The position numbers and the translations under genes were made by a program. From Planctomycetota bacterium (lineage in GTDB: Bacteria; Planctomycetota; MHYJ01; JACPRB01), in contig DATLZA010000078.1 in assembly GCA_035574235.1 (NCBI GenBank), positions 214-64,213 of the forward strand: a stretch of 64,000 nucleotides of DNA, given 5' to 3'. The first letter of the stretch is position 1, and every line of letters starts with the position of its first letter. The notes below the pieces were generated by a model that made no database searches, was not told the DNA's origin, and saw only the letters and a list, made by a program, of their open reading frames with translations. Below are positions 27,016 to 35,496 of this stretch, piece by piece.

Positions 27016-28101
27016 CTACGACTCGAGGATCCGGTAGTACATGTTGCGGCGGCGGGGGACGAATCCGAGGTCCTCGATGACGCGGCGGATGGCCGCTTCC
27101 GTCATCCGGAAGGTGGCCCCCGCCTGACTGACCACGTTCTCTTCGAGCATCGTGGAACCCATGTCGTTGGCTCCGAAAAGGAGCGCCATCTGGCCGACCT
27201 TCTCGCCCTGGGTCACCCACGAAGACTGGATGTTGGGGATGTTGTCGAGGTACATCCGCGAAACGGCCAGCGTCTTGAGGTACTCGTGTCCGCCGGTCCT
27301 GGGGGCGCCAGCCATCTCGGTGTTGTCCGGCTGGAGGCTCCAGCAGATGAAGGCCGTGTAGCCCCCTCCGTTCCCCCGGGCGATCGCCCGATCCTGCTGC
27401 TCGCGGAGCTTGCGCAGGTGCTCCACGCGGTCCGCATAGGTCTCCACGTGCCCGTACATCATCGTGCAGGTGGTCTTCATCCCGAGCGCGTGCGCCTCTT
27501 CCATGACCTCGAGCCAGGCGTCGGACCGGATCTTGAGAGGGCTGATCTGTTCCCGCACGCGGTCCACGAGAATTTCGGCGCCGCCCCCCGGAATCGAATC
27601 CAGGCCCGCCGCCCGCAGCCGCACAAGCACCTCCCGCACGGGCATTTTATTGAGCGTGGCGAAATGCTGGATCTCCGGGGGCGAGAAACCGTGGACATGG
27701 ATGTCGAAGGACTTCATGAAGCGCAGAAGGTCCTCGTACCAGTCGAGCTTGAGATACGGATGGTGACCGCCCTGAAGGAGAATCTGGACGCCCCCCAGCG
27801 CCTTCGTCTCGCGGATCTTCTGCGCCAGAACCTCGCGGGACAGGGTGTACTCCTCGGGGTGGCCGGGCGGACGGTAGAAAGCGCAGAACTTGCAGTACGT
27901 GATGCACGTGTTCGTGTAGTTGATGTTGCGATCCACGATGTAGGTGCAGACGGGGTCCGGGTGGAGCCTCCGGCGCACGGCGTGGGCGCCTTCGCCCAGC
28001 TCGGGGAGCGTCGCCCGCTCGAAGAGAAGGAGCGCCTCCTCGTCGGCGAGCCTTTCGCCGGCGCGGGCCTTTTCGATGACGTCACGAACACTCGTGGACA
28101 T
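27016..28101 (-). CDS. radical SAM enzyme of the MqnC/MqnE (CofH-like) family, futalosine-pathway menaquinone biosynthesis
   Basis: CxxxCxxC cluster motif NTCITYCKFCAF near the N-terminus, and typical length 361 aa. ATG start taken at 28101 (MSTSVRDV); the track start at 28110 is a TTG. Lies directly downstream of mqnA. MqnC cannot be distinguished from MqnE without alignment. Confidence 0.75.
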   Translation of the reverse strand: MSTSVRDVIEKARAGERLADEEALLLFERATLPELGEGAHAVRRRLHPDPVCTYIVDRNINYTNTCITYCKFCAFYRPPGHPEEYTLSREVLAQKIRETKALGGVQILLQGGHHPYLKLDWYEDLLRFMKSFDIHVHGFSPPEIQHFATLNKMPVREVLVRLRAAGLDSIPGGGAEILVDRVREQISPLKIRSDAWLEVMEEAHALGMKTTCTMMYGHVETYADRVEHLRKLREQQDRAIARGNGGGYTAFICWSLQPDNTEMAGAPRTGGHEYLKTLAVSRMYLDNIPNIQSSWVTQGEKVGQMALLFGANDMGSTMLEENVVSQAGATFRMTEAAIRRVIEDLGFVPRRRNMYYRILES

Positions 28102-28822
28102 AGCGCGCAAAGAGCCGCAGCCCCGCCCGCTCCTGGGGCCCCAGGTCGTACGTGAGGCACTCCGTCAGGTAGGCGCGGCAGAACCGGGCCGACAGTCCCA
28201 GGCGTCGCGCCTCGCGACGGGCGATCGCCTCGATCCGTTCCTGTCCCCGCTCCTTGGCCGCGCGCAGCCACCGGCCGTACTCGCGGGCCCGGGGATCTCC
28301 GGGGCGATGGGCCCAGAGGGCGTAGACGAACGGACGTCCCGTGAAGGCCTTCCACTCGGTCCCGAGATCCAGGAACGGAACGCGCCGCGGGCGGAACGAA
28401 GTATCGCCGATCGTTACCGCCGCGTCAACGTCCGCGAACGACAGCCGCCCCCGCGAAGGGTCGCGCGTCACGTAGCGCGGCCGCAACCCGTAGCGGCGCT
28501 CCAGGATGATGCGGGCCAGCATGTTGGAGGTGCGGGAATTGCGGTCGAGCGCCACGCGGCGGACGTCGTGAACCTCCACGGCGTGATAGAGCCGCACGCT
28601 GTCGGTCTTCCCGGGCGAGGCGACCGCGATGCCGGGGACGTACGCCCAGCCGCGCCGGATCACCTCGACGGCCGGCACGAGGGCCACATCGAGCTCGCCC
28701 CGCGCCAGAAGATCGGCCAGCTCGGCCGGAGGCCGGAGCATGACCCCTTCGAGCCCTTCGATCAGGGGGCGGGAGTTGAGGTAGACCACGCACCCCACGC
28801 GGAAGGGAGGCCGTCCGATCAT
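28082..28822 (-). CDS. mqnA: chorismate dehydratase MqnA (futalosine pathway; PBP-like VitK2_biosynth fold)
   Basis: Real start MIGRPPFRVGCVVYLNSRPLIEGLE matches the MqnA N-terminal I-x-YLN-x-PL signature. The upstream Arg-rich 200 aa of the track ORF are spurious. The homologous MqnD cannot be fully excluded. Confidence 0.65.
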   Translation of the reverse strand: MIGRPPFRVGCVVYLNSRPLIEGLEGVMLRPPAELADLLARGELDVALVPAVEVIRRGWAYVPGIAVASPGKTDSVRLYHAVEVHDVRRVALDRNSRTSNMLARIILERRYGLRPRYVTRDPSRGRLSFADVDAAVTIGDTSFRPRRVPFLDLGTEWKAFTGRPFVYALWAHRPGDPRAREYGRWLRAAKERGQERIEAIARREARRLGLSARFCRAYLTECLTYDLGPQERAGLRLFARYVHECS

Positions 28823-29508
28823 GCCCCCTCCCGTGCGCCCGGGGGCGGCTCCATGAGGCGGGTCTTGGCGTTCTCGTCGTCGGCCGGCCGCGGGGGCGAC
28901 GCTCCGGGGGAGGCCTCCTGGGACATCCGCCGCCGGAGCATGGCGATCCGGGCGCGCGTCTCGGCGGCCCGTTCGTGGCCCGGGTTGGCGGCCAGGAACT
29001 TCTCCAGTCCCTCCGCCGCCGCCTCGAACTTCTTCATCGTGAAGCGCGCCTGCGCCAGTTCGGTGGCGTACTCGAAGTCCTTGGGATCGAGCTCCGCCGC
29101 GCGGGCCAACGCCTCCTCCGCCTGGGGGTACATGCCGATCTCGAAATAGGTGATCCCGAGATTGTAGAAGTAGTGGGCCTGGGTGGGGTCGATTTCCCCG
29201 GCCATCTTGAAGACCATGGCGGCGTAATCGAGGAGCCCCTTGCGGCGGTAAAGCTCGCCGACGTTGTTGAACGCCTTGTGGTACGTGGGGGCCAGGTCGA
29301 TGCACTTGCGGTAGGCCTCGATGGCCGGATCGAGCTGCCCCTGCTCCGCGTAGGCCATCCCGAGGTAGGCCCAGGCGCGGTAGAACTTGGGATCGGCCTC
29401 GGTGGCGCGCTTGAAGCACTCAACTGCCTGGGCCAGCTCGCCCTTGCGGAAGTGCTCCGCGCCGGCGTTATAGAACCGGACGGAGGGCGATTCCTTGGCC
29501 TCCCCCAT
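28819..29508 (-). CDS. tetratricopeptide-repeat (TPR) protein
   Basis: At least 5 TPR units (AWAYLGMAYAEQGQLDPAIEAY..., AFNNVGELYRRKG..., AHYFYNLGITYFEIGMY...). Stop overlaps the mqnA start by 4 nt. Confidence 0.8.
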   Translation of the reverse strand: MGEAKESPSVRFYNAGAEHFRKGELAQAVECFKRATEADPKFYRAWAYLGMAYAEQGQLDPAIEAYRKCIDLAPTYHKAFNNVGELYRRKGLLDYAAMVFKMAGEIDPTQAHYFYNLGITYFEIGMYPQAEEALARAAELDPKDFEYATELAQARFTMKKFEAAAEGLEKFLAANPGHERAAETRARIAMLRRRMSQEASPGASPPRPADDENAKTRLMEPPPGAREGA

Positions 29509-30410
29509 CAGCGGCCCCCCGCGATCCGCTTGAGGATCTCGCCGGTGCTCACGTGGCCCACGAGCCGGCGGCCGCGCAGCACGTACGCCCCGCGGGCCCC
29601 GGCGTGGCAGAGTTTCACGGCCATCTCCACAAGCGGCTCGTCCTCCTGGACCGTCCGAAAGCCGTTGGAGGCGATCACCCCCAGGCTCTCGATCGGCTGA
29701 TCGGCGTGGGAGCGCAGCACCGCGTCGATCGGCTCGGCGGGGCGCAGGGACGCCGTCTGCGACAGCCGCAGGAGGTGTTCCCGGACCCCGAGACCCAGGA
29801 GCGACGACGCCGTCAGCTCCCCCAGCAGGTTTCCCTCGGCGTCCACCACGGGAACCGCGTCCAGGCGGTTGGCCGCCAGGATTTCGAGCGCCTTGGCGAG
29901 CGACGTCTGCGGCGTCACCGCGGGGATCGGATGAGCGCCCGGGGGGGACGCCGGACGGCCCGAAAGCTGGTCCACCAGACCCACGAACTCCTCGCCCGTG
30001 CGCGCCTGAACGGCCTTCTGGAGGTTCTCCTCCACGCTGAAGAGGTTGAGGAACTGGGCCAGGGTGTGCAGGTACAGGTTCGAGTGCTTCCGCGGGATGG
30101 CGAAAAGGACGATCAGGCGAATAGGGTTGCCGTCGGGGGCCTTAAAGTCGATGCCCTGGGGAGCGGTTCCCACCGCGATGCGGAAATCGGTCACCTTTTC
30201 GGTCCGAGCGTGGGGAAAGGCGCTCCCCTTGGCCATCGAGAAGGGCCCCAGCTTCTCGCGGTCGGCCAGGGCCGTCCGAAGCTCCGCGGCGCTCACCCCG
30301 GGGGTGGCCTGGGCCATGACCTCGATGACTTCGTTGAGCGCTTCCTCCTTTGTCCGGGCGGCCAGGCCGCATTTGACCAGACGGGGATTCAGCAGCGATG
30401 CAAGCTTCAT
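29508..30410 (-). CDS. PTS EIIA type-2 (PtsN-like) domain protein fused to a CBS-domain pair
   Basis: N-terminal EIIA-2 region with a conserved His context (GSAFPHARTEKV), followed by two CBS domains. Its stop shares one base with the TPR gene start. Confidence 0.7.
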   Translation of the reverse strand: MKLASLLNPRLVKCGLAARTKEEALNEVIEVMAQATPGVSAAELRTALADREKLGPFSMAKGSAFPHARTEKVTDFRIAVGTAPQGIDFKAPDGNPIRLIVLFAIPRKHSNLYLHTLAQFLNLFSVEENLQKAVQARTGEEFVGLVDQLSGRPASPPGAHPIPAVTPQTSLAKALEILAANRLDAVPVVDAEGNLLGELTASSLLGLGVREHLLRLSQTASLRPAEPIDAVLRSHADQPIESLGVIASNGFRTVQEDEPLVEMAVKLCHAGARGAYVLRGRRLVGHVSTGEILKRIAGGR

Positions 30411-30485
30411 GTGCGTGGGAGTGGATTATAGGAGTTCCGGGGACCCCCTTCAAGGGCGCCCCCCGGCGCGCCGGCGGGAACCGGC

Positions 30486-31316
30486 TTAGGCATGAATATT
30501 CCTCGACCGGAAGATCCCGAACGCCAACGGGATGAACCCCGCCATGTAGGCGGCCGGCACGGTCACGTAGAGAAGGCCCCGATCCACGTCGGGATTCCAG
30601 CTTGTCCGGGACCCTTCCGCGTAGAGGCGCAATTTTTCGAGCGCGTAGGGGGCGTAGTAGAGGAAAACCTTCCGCTGGGTGCGCTCGCTCATCATGCCGG
30701 TCACCACGTCCCCGAAGAGATAAAGAACCAGCGCGATGGCCACCGCGTAGCCGGACGACTCCGTCCAGGTGGACACCCAAAGCCCCAGGAATCCCGCCGC
30801 CAGAAAGGGAAGGAAGCTCACGAGCACCGCTTTGCGCGCGTGGGCGAGAATCTCGGCCGCGTCCCGGTGCACGATGTACTGGCTGTCGTCCCAGACGGGA
30901 CCGAGATTCCCGCGGATCAGGGCATAGAAGGCGCTCACGTAGAAAACGAAGAGGTAGAGCATCGCCCCGAGGAGGACCACGACCAGGCACTTGGCGGCGA
31001 AGAAATCGGTCCGCGTGACGGGGCGCGTGAGGAGGTTCTTGATGGTTCCCCGGTCGAACTCTCCGGCGAACATCATGCTCGAGAAGATCAGAAGCACGAA
31101 GGTTGCGATCTTGAGCCCGAACGTGAAGCCGTAGGCGAAAAGCTGCACCGCGTGAAAGGATCTCCAGAGGGTTTCCCGCTGGCCCAGGAAGACCGGCTGG
31201 AAGATCTCGGCCAGGACCGTGGCCGCTCCCAGGACTCCGAGCGAAAGATAGAGAAACGGCTGGGCGAAGAGCTTCATGAACTCCGCCGCCGCCAGTCGCC
31301 CGATCCGCTCCATCAT
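30486..31316 (-). CDS. ABC-2 family transporter permease
   Basis: 276-aa 6-TM protein. Lies 8 nt downstream of the ABC ATPase gene. Confidence 0.75.
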   Translation of the reverse strand: MMERIGRLAAAEFMKLFAQPFLYLSLGVLGAATVLAEIFQPVFLGQRETLWRSFHAVQLFAYGFTFGLKIATFVLLIFSSMMFAGEFDRGTIKNLLTRPVTRTDFFAAKCLVVVLLGAMLYLFVFYVSAFYALIRGNLGPVWDDSQYIVHRDAAEILAHARKAVLVSFLPFLAAGFLGLWVSTWTESSGYAVAIALVLYLFGDVVTGMMSERTQRKVFLYYAPYALEKLRLYAEGSRTSWNPDVDRGLLYVTVPAAYMAGFIPLAFGIFRSRNIHA

Positions 31317-31323
31317 GGCGGGC

Positions 31324-32223
31324 CTAGTGCGAAAGAAAAAACTCCTCGAGGGTCTGCCGCACGGGGCTGAGCTCCCGAACGGCCGCTCCCGCCCGCACGA
31401 GAAGGGCGTTGACCTCCGCGAAGCGGGACGGGTCGCACTTGATCCTCAGTCCGCCGGCCTCGTCCGGACGGATTTCCTCGATCCAGGGCTCGCGCCGGAG
31501 CGCCTCCAGGGCGCGGTCCGCCGGCTCCGCCTCCACCCGCACGCCGCTGACCGTGCGGGCCAGGATCCGCGACACCGTGTCCTCGAGGATGAGCCGGCCC
31601 TCCTTGAGGATGCCCACCCGGTTGCAGGTGATCTCGACTTCGTGGAGCAGGTGGCTGGAGATGAGGAAGGTCACCCCTTCCCGCCGGTTCATCTCCCGGA
31701 TCACGTGGCGGATGTGGTTGATGCCGTGAGGGTCCAGGCCGTTGGTGGGCTCATCGAGGAGGACCAGGCGGGGCCGTCCCAGAAGCGCCATGGCGATGCC
31801 GAGGCGCTGCCGCATGCCCTGGGAGTAGGTGCGGACCTTGTCGTGCATCCGGTCCCGAAGGCCCACGATCTCGAGCACCTCCTCGATCCGGGAGCGGGGG
31901 ATCCCGCCGGCCACTTTCCGGAGGATCTCGAGATTGGCGGCCGCCGAAAGATAGGGATAGGCGGCCGGAAGCTCGATGAGCGCGCCCACCTGGCGCATGA
32001 TCTCGATGAAATGTTCGCGGACGTCCATCCCGAAGAAGCTCACCCGTCCGGCCGTCGGGCGGACGAGGCGGAGCATCATTCTCAGGGTCGTGGTCTTTCC
32101 GGCCCCGTTGAGGCCCAGGAATCCGTAGATGTCCCCCTCGTGGACCTCGAGGGTGAGGTCCTGGACGGCCCGGAAGCGGCCGAAATGCTTGGTCAGACCC
32201 TCGGTCTTGAGGATCGCCGCCAT
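31324..32223 (-). CDS. ABC transporter ATP-binding protein
   Basis: ATG at 32223 (MAAILKTEGLTKHFG). The track start at 32244 is a TTG. Walker A GLNGAGKTT, signature SQGMRQRLGIAMA, Walker B LVLLDEPTNGLD. Confidence 0.9.
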   Translation of the reverse strand: MAAILKTEGLTKHFGRFRAVQDLTLEVHEGDIYGFLGLNGAGKTTTLRMMLRLVRPTAGRVSFFGMDVREHFIEIMRQVGALIELPAAYPYLSAAANLEILRKVAGGIPRSRIEEVLEIVGLRDRMHDKVRTYSQGMRQRLGIAMALLGRPRLVLLDEPTNGLDPHGINHIRHVIREMNRREGVTFLISSHLLHEVEITCNRVGILKEGRLILEDTVSRILARTVSGVRVEAEPADRALEALRREPWIEEIRPDEAGGLRIKCDPSRFAEVNALLVRAGAAVRELSPVRQTLEEFFLSH

Positions 32224-32287
32224 AGGCGCGAACGAGTGTATCAAGGAGAGCGCGGCGGAGGGGAGAGAAAAGGATGCCGCGGAGAGC

Positions 32288-32755
32288 CTACTCGCCCTCC
32301 CCGGCGATCAGGCGGACGTAGTGGTCGCGCTTCTTCTCCCAGACGAAGAGGAGCTGGTAGAGGCGCCATTCGCGCCACTGACCCGCGTAGCTCGTGGCCC
32401 ACCGCCGGGCGATCTCCTCGCGGCGCTCGGGAGGAACCGGGCCCCGACAGCGCTCCCCCTCGTACCAGACTTCCTTTTCGATTTCGTGGCGCTGCTCTTC
32501 GATGTCCCGGCGGGGGTTGCAGGAGCCCCGGCGCCGGAGGGTGGAGCGGACGCAGAAATCGATGAGCTCGCGGTCGGTGAGCTCCCCCCTCATATAGCGC
32601 CGCCGCGCAACCTCCAGGCCTGCGGCGCGGCCCTCCCGGACGACCTTGCGGATCTCCGGAAGGTTGTCGCGGATGAAGCGGTCGAGATCCCCCTCCAGCT
32701 CCTTGAGCTTTCCCTTGTTCCAGAGCTCTTCCAGGGACTCGAGCACAGTACCCAT
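32288..32755 (-). CDS. hypothetical soluble protein (155 aa, charged, Arg/Glu-rich) heading the ABC operon
   Basis: MGTVLESLEELWNKGKLKELEGDLDRFIRDNLPEIRK... with no TM helix and no recognised motif. Lies 44 nt upstream of the ABC ATPase gene on the same strand. Confidence 0.45.
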   Translation of the reverse strand: MGTVLESLEELWNKGKLKELEGDLDRFIRDNLPEIRKVVREGRAAGLEVARRRYMRGELTDRELIDFCVRSTLRRRGSCNPRRDIEEQRHEIEKEVWYEGERCRGPVPPERREEIARRWATSYAGQWREWRLYQLLFVWEKKRDHYVRLIAGEGE

Positions 32756-32983
32756 AGAATATCGACTTCCTCTATTATATAAGACGCCCGAGACTCGTAA
32801 AGGTTCGGCCGTTCCGGCCTCACCGGGTATAGCGGAACCCCCTTCCGCTGTATCGGCCTTCCGAGCCGACCCCCTTGAGGGGGTGGACGATGCTTTCCTT
32901 TCCCCGTTTTCCCGACAGGATCGCTCCCCTCGGATTCATTATTTAACGGACTTCCGGGGGGAGCCGCCTTTTCGGAGGGCGCC

Positions 32984-34414
32984 ATGCCGCGTTCGAACGC
33001 CGTCCTTCCCGCGGTCTGCCTCTTCGTTCTCCTGGCCGCGCCCGCGGCCGCCGCCCAGACGGTCAGCGTCCGGCCGACCCGGGAGACGAGCCCCGCGCGC
33101 CATGCGGGGGACACCGCCGACGACACCTGCATCTGGATCCACCCGACGCAGCCCGAACTCAGTCTCATCATCGGCGACGACAAGGACGGCGGCGTGCTCG
33201 TCTGGAATCTCGACGGCACCGAGCGCCAGTACCTCGACGGCACCCAGGCGATGAACAACATCGACCTGCGGTACCACGTCCCCCTGACCGGCCGGTTCAG
33301 CGACGGAACGCCGCACGACCGGGTCGCCCTGGTCGGGGTCGGCAACGAAACCGATTCCTCGATCGTCTTCTACAAGGTGAACCCCTCGACCCGCAAACTC
33401 GAGCCGGCGGGCGGGATTCGCGGCCTGGGGCTCGTTCCCTACGGATCCTGCATGTACCGCAGCCCCCTCAGCGGAAAGTACTACTACTTCGTCAACGCCA
33501 AAAGCGGCGTCACGCAGCAGTGGGAGCTGAAGGATGACGGTTCCGGAGGGATCACCGGCGCCAAGGTCCGCCAGTTCGACGTGGGCGGCCAGACGGAAGG
33601 CTGCGTGGCCGACGACGTCCTGGCGAAATTCTACATCGGGGAAGAGGCGGTCGGAGTCTGGAAATACGGGGCGGAACCGGGAGACGGATCCTCGCGCACC
33701 CAGGTCGACCGGACGGGCTCCGGAGGAAACCTCGTGGCGGACGTCGAGGGGATGTCCATCTACTATACCTCGTCGGAAGCCGGCTACCTCCTCGTCTCCA
33801 GTCAGGGCAACAGCACGATCGTCGTCTACACGCGGGAAGGCAACAACGCCTTCGTGGGCCGGTTCACCGTGGGCGCCAACGGCACCATCGACGCGGTGAC
33901 CGGAACGGACGGGCTGGACGTGACGAATCTCCCGCTCGGACCGGACTTTCCCAAGGGCCTCTTCGTGGTCCACGACACTTCGAATTCCGGCGCCACCGCG
34001 TCCAACCACAAGCTCGTCCCCTGGGAGTCGATCGCGAACGCCTTCGATCCCCCGCTCCGGATCGACACCGCCTGGGACCCCCGGCGGGTCGGCGCACCGT
34101 CCTCCGGGGATTCGGACGGCGACGGCCTGCCGGACTCCTGGGAGGAACGCTATTTCGGGGATCTGGACGAGAACGGCGCGGGCGATCCGGACGGGGACGG
34201 CTTCACCAACCTCGAGGAGTACGCGGCCGGATCCGATCCGACCGACGCGGCCTCGAGGCCGGGGACGCCCGCGGCCGGCGGCGGAGACGACTCCTCTTCG
34301 GGCGGCTGCGGGCTGACGGGCGGGGAAGCCCTTCTGGCCGCCGCCGGAATGGTGTGGGCGGGACGCCGCCGCGCCCGGAGAACCCTCGAATATCCGCGGC
34401 GCGCCTACTTCTGA
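32984..34414 (+). CDS. secreted beta-propeller phytase (BPP/3-phytase) domain protein with C-terminal thrombospondin-type-3-like Ca-binding repeats and a TM+Arg tail
   Basis: Signal peptide, then ADDTCIWIHPTQPELSLIIGDDKDGGVLVWNLDGTE. This closely matches the Bacillus PhyC N-terminal motif DDPAIWVHP...SLVIGTDKKGGLYVYDLDGK. C-terminal DSDGDGLPDSWEERYFGDLDENGAGDPDGDGFTNLEEY repeats are followed by GGCGLTGGEALLAAAGMVWAGRRRARR. Confidence 0.7.
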   Translation: MPRSNAVLPAVCLFVLLAAPAAAAQTVSVRPTRETSPARHAGDTADDTCIWIHPTQPELSLIIGDDKDGGVLVWNLDGTERQYLDGTQAMNNIDLRYHVPLTGRFSDGTPHDRVALVGVGNETDSSIVFYKVNPSTRKLEPAGGIRGLGLVPYGSCMYRSPLSGKYYYFVNAKSGVTQQWELKDDGSGGITGAKVRQFDVGGQTEGCVADDVLAKFYIGEEAVGVWKYGAEPGDGSSRTQVDRTGSGGNLVADVEGMSIYYTSSEAGYLLVSSQGNSTIVVYTREGNNAFVGRFTVGANGTIDAVTGTDGLDVTNLPLGPDFPKGLFVVHDTSNSGATASNHKLVPWESIANAFDPPLRIDTAWDPRRVGAPSSGDSDGDGLPDSWEERYFGDLDENGAGDPDGDGFTNLEEYAAGSDPTDAASRPGTPAAGGGDDSSSGGCGLTGGEALLAAAGMVWAGRRRARRTLEYPRRAYF

Positions 34415-35496
34415 AAAATCGGAAGGTACTCGCAGGGCATCTGCAGGATGATGAGGGCCATGGCGGTGGCGTAGGTCCTTCCCACGTCGTCCTCCCAATG
34501 GCCGTCCTCGAGCTGACTCCGCAGGATTTCCGCCTTCACCGACGGGTAATACGCCGCCCACCGGTCGCCGCCCGCCATGTACATGGCCTGCGCCGCGTAA
34601 TAGTGGCCGTAGTAATAGTGCAGCTTTCCCGGCAGCAGCCCGTGCCGCCACCGCGGAAGCATCGCCAGCGCGGTCCGCACCTCCTGCGTGTCGTACAGCC
34701 CCGCCGAGAAGAGCGACACGATCCCGCACGCCGTCAGCGCGAACGACACCCGCGTGTCGTTGAAGCCCTGATCGTTGATCGCCTGGTAGGTGAATCCCCG
34801 CGGCGTGGCGCACCGGACCACGTACCGGAGCGCCCGGTGAATCGTCGAAAGCGGCACCGCGATTCCCACGTTGCGCGCCGCCCGCAGCGCCTGGAGCGTC
34901 GACACCGTCACCGACAGGTCCGCGTCCACCGGGATCGGCTGGTACCGCCAGCCCCCTTCCCGGTTCTGCGAGTTCACGATGAGCGCCACCGCCCGCTTGA
35001 GCTTGGGCTTGATCTCGGGATGGCCCGTCATCCCGTAGATCTCCGCCAGGAAAAGCGTCGCGAAGGCGTGGCTGTACATCCGCGAACCGGCGTGCGTGAT
35101 GTACCCGTCCTCCTCGCGCACTTTCGAAAGCAGCCAGTTCACCCCCCGCTCGACGTTGCGCCCGTAGCGCCCGCGGCCCGGCACGTGGCCCGCCGACACG
35201 AACGCCATGCACGCCAGCGCCGTCACGTCGACCGACTCGTTCTCCTCGCCGAAATAGTCGTCGTACAGCTTGTACCCCACCCGGTTCGTCCACGAACCGT
35301 TGGGATTCTGCCGCGACGCCAGCCAGGCCAGCCCCCGGTCCACCGCCGCCTGCGCGTCCGGCCCGAACTCGGCCGTGGAGGCCCGGCGGACCGTCTCCGC
35401 GGAGGGGCCGCTTTGAACCGCCGGCGCCGCGACGGGCCGGGCCGCCCAGCCGATCGCGCCGCACAGGACCGTTCCCAGCGCCGCCAGCCGCATCAT
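34405..35496 (-). CDS. prenyltransferase / squalene-oxidase repeat (terpene-cyclase-like alpha/alpha toroid) protein, secreted
   Basis: Signal peptide MMRLAALGTVLCGAIGWAA. Repeated QW-type motifs (QNPNGSW, REGGWRYQ, DGHWEDD) characteristic of PF00432/PF13243 repeats. Last gene of the Bat-like operon, overlapping the upstream gene by 4 nt. Confidence 0.65.
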   Translation of the reverse strand: MMRLAALGTVLCGAIGWAARPVAAPAVQSGPSAETVRRASTAEFGPDAQAAVDRGLAWLASRQNPNGSWTNRVGYKLYDDYFGEENESVDVTALACMAFVSAGHVPGRGRYGRNVERGVNWLLSKVREEDGYITHAGSRMYSHAFATLFLAEIYGMTGHPEIKPKLKRAVALIVNSQNREGGWRYQPIPVDADLSVTVSTLQALRAARNVGIAVPLSTIHRALRYVVRCATPRGFTYQAINDQGFNDTRVSFALTACGIVSLFSAGLYDTQEVRTALAMLPRWRHGLLPGKLHYYYGHYYAAQAMYMAGGDRWAAYYPSVKAEILRSQLEDGHWEDDVGRTYATAMALIILQMPCEYLPIFQK

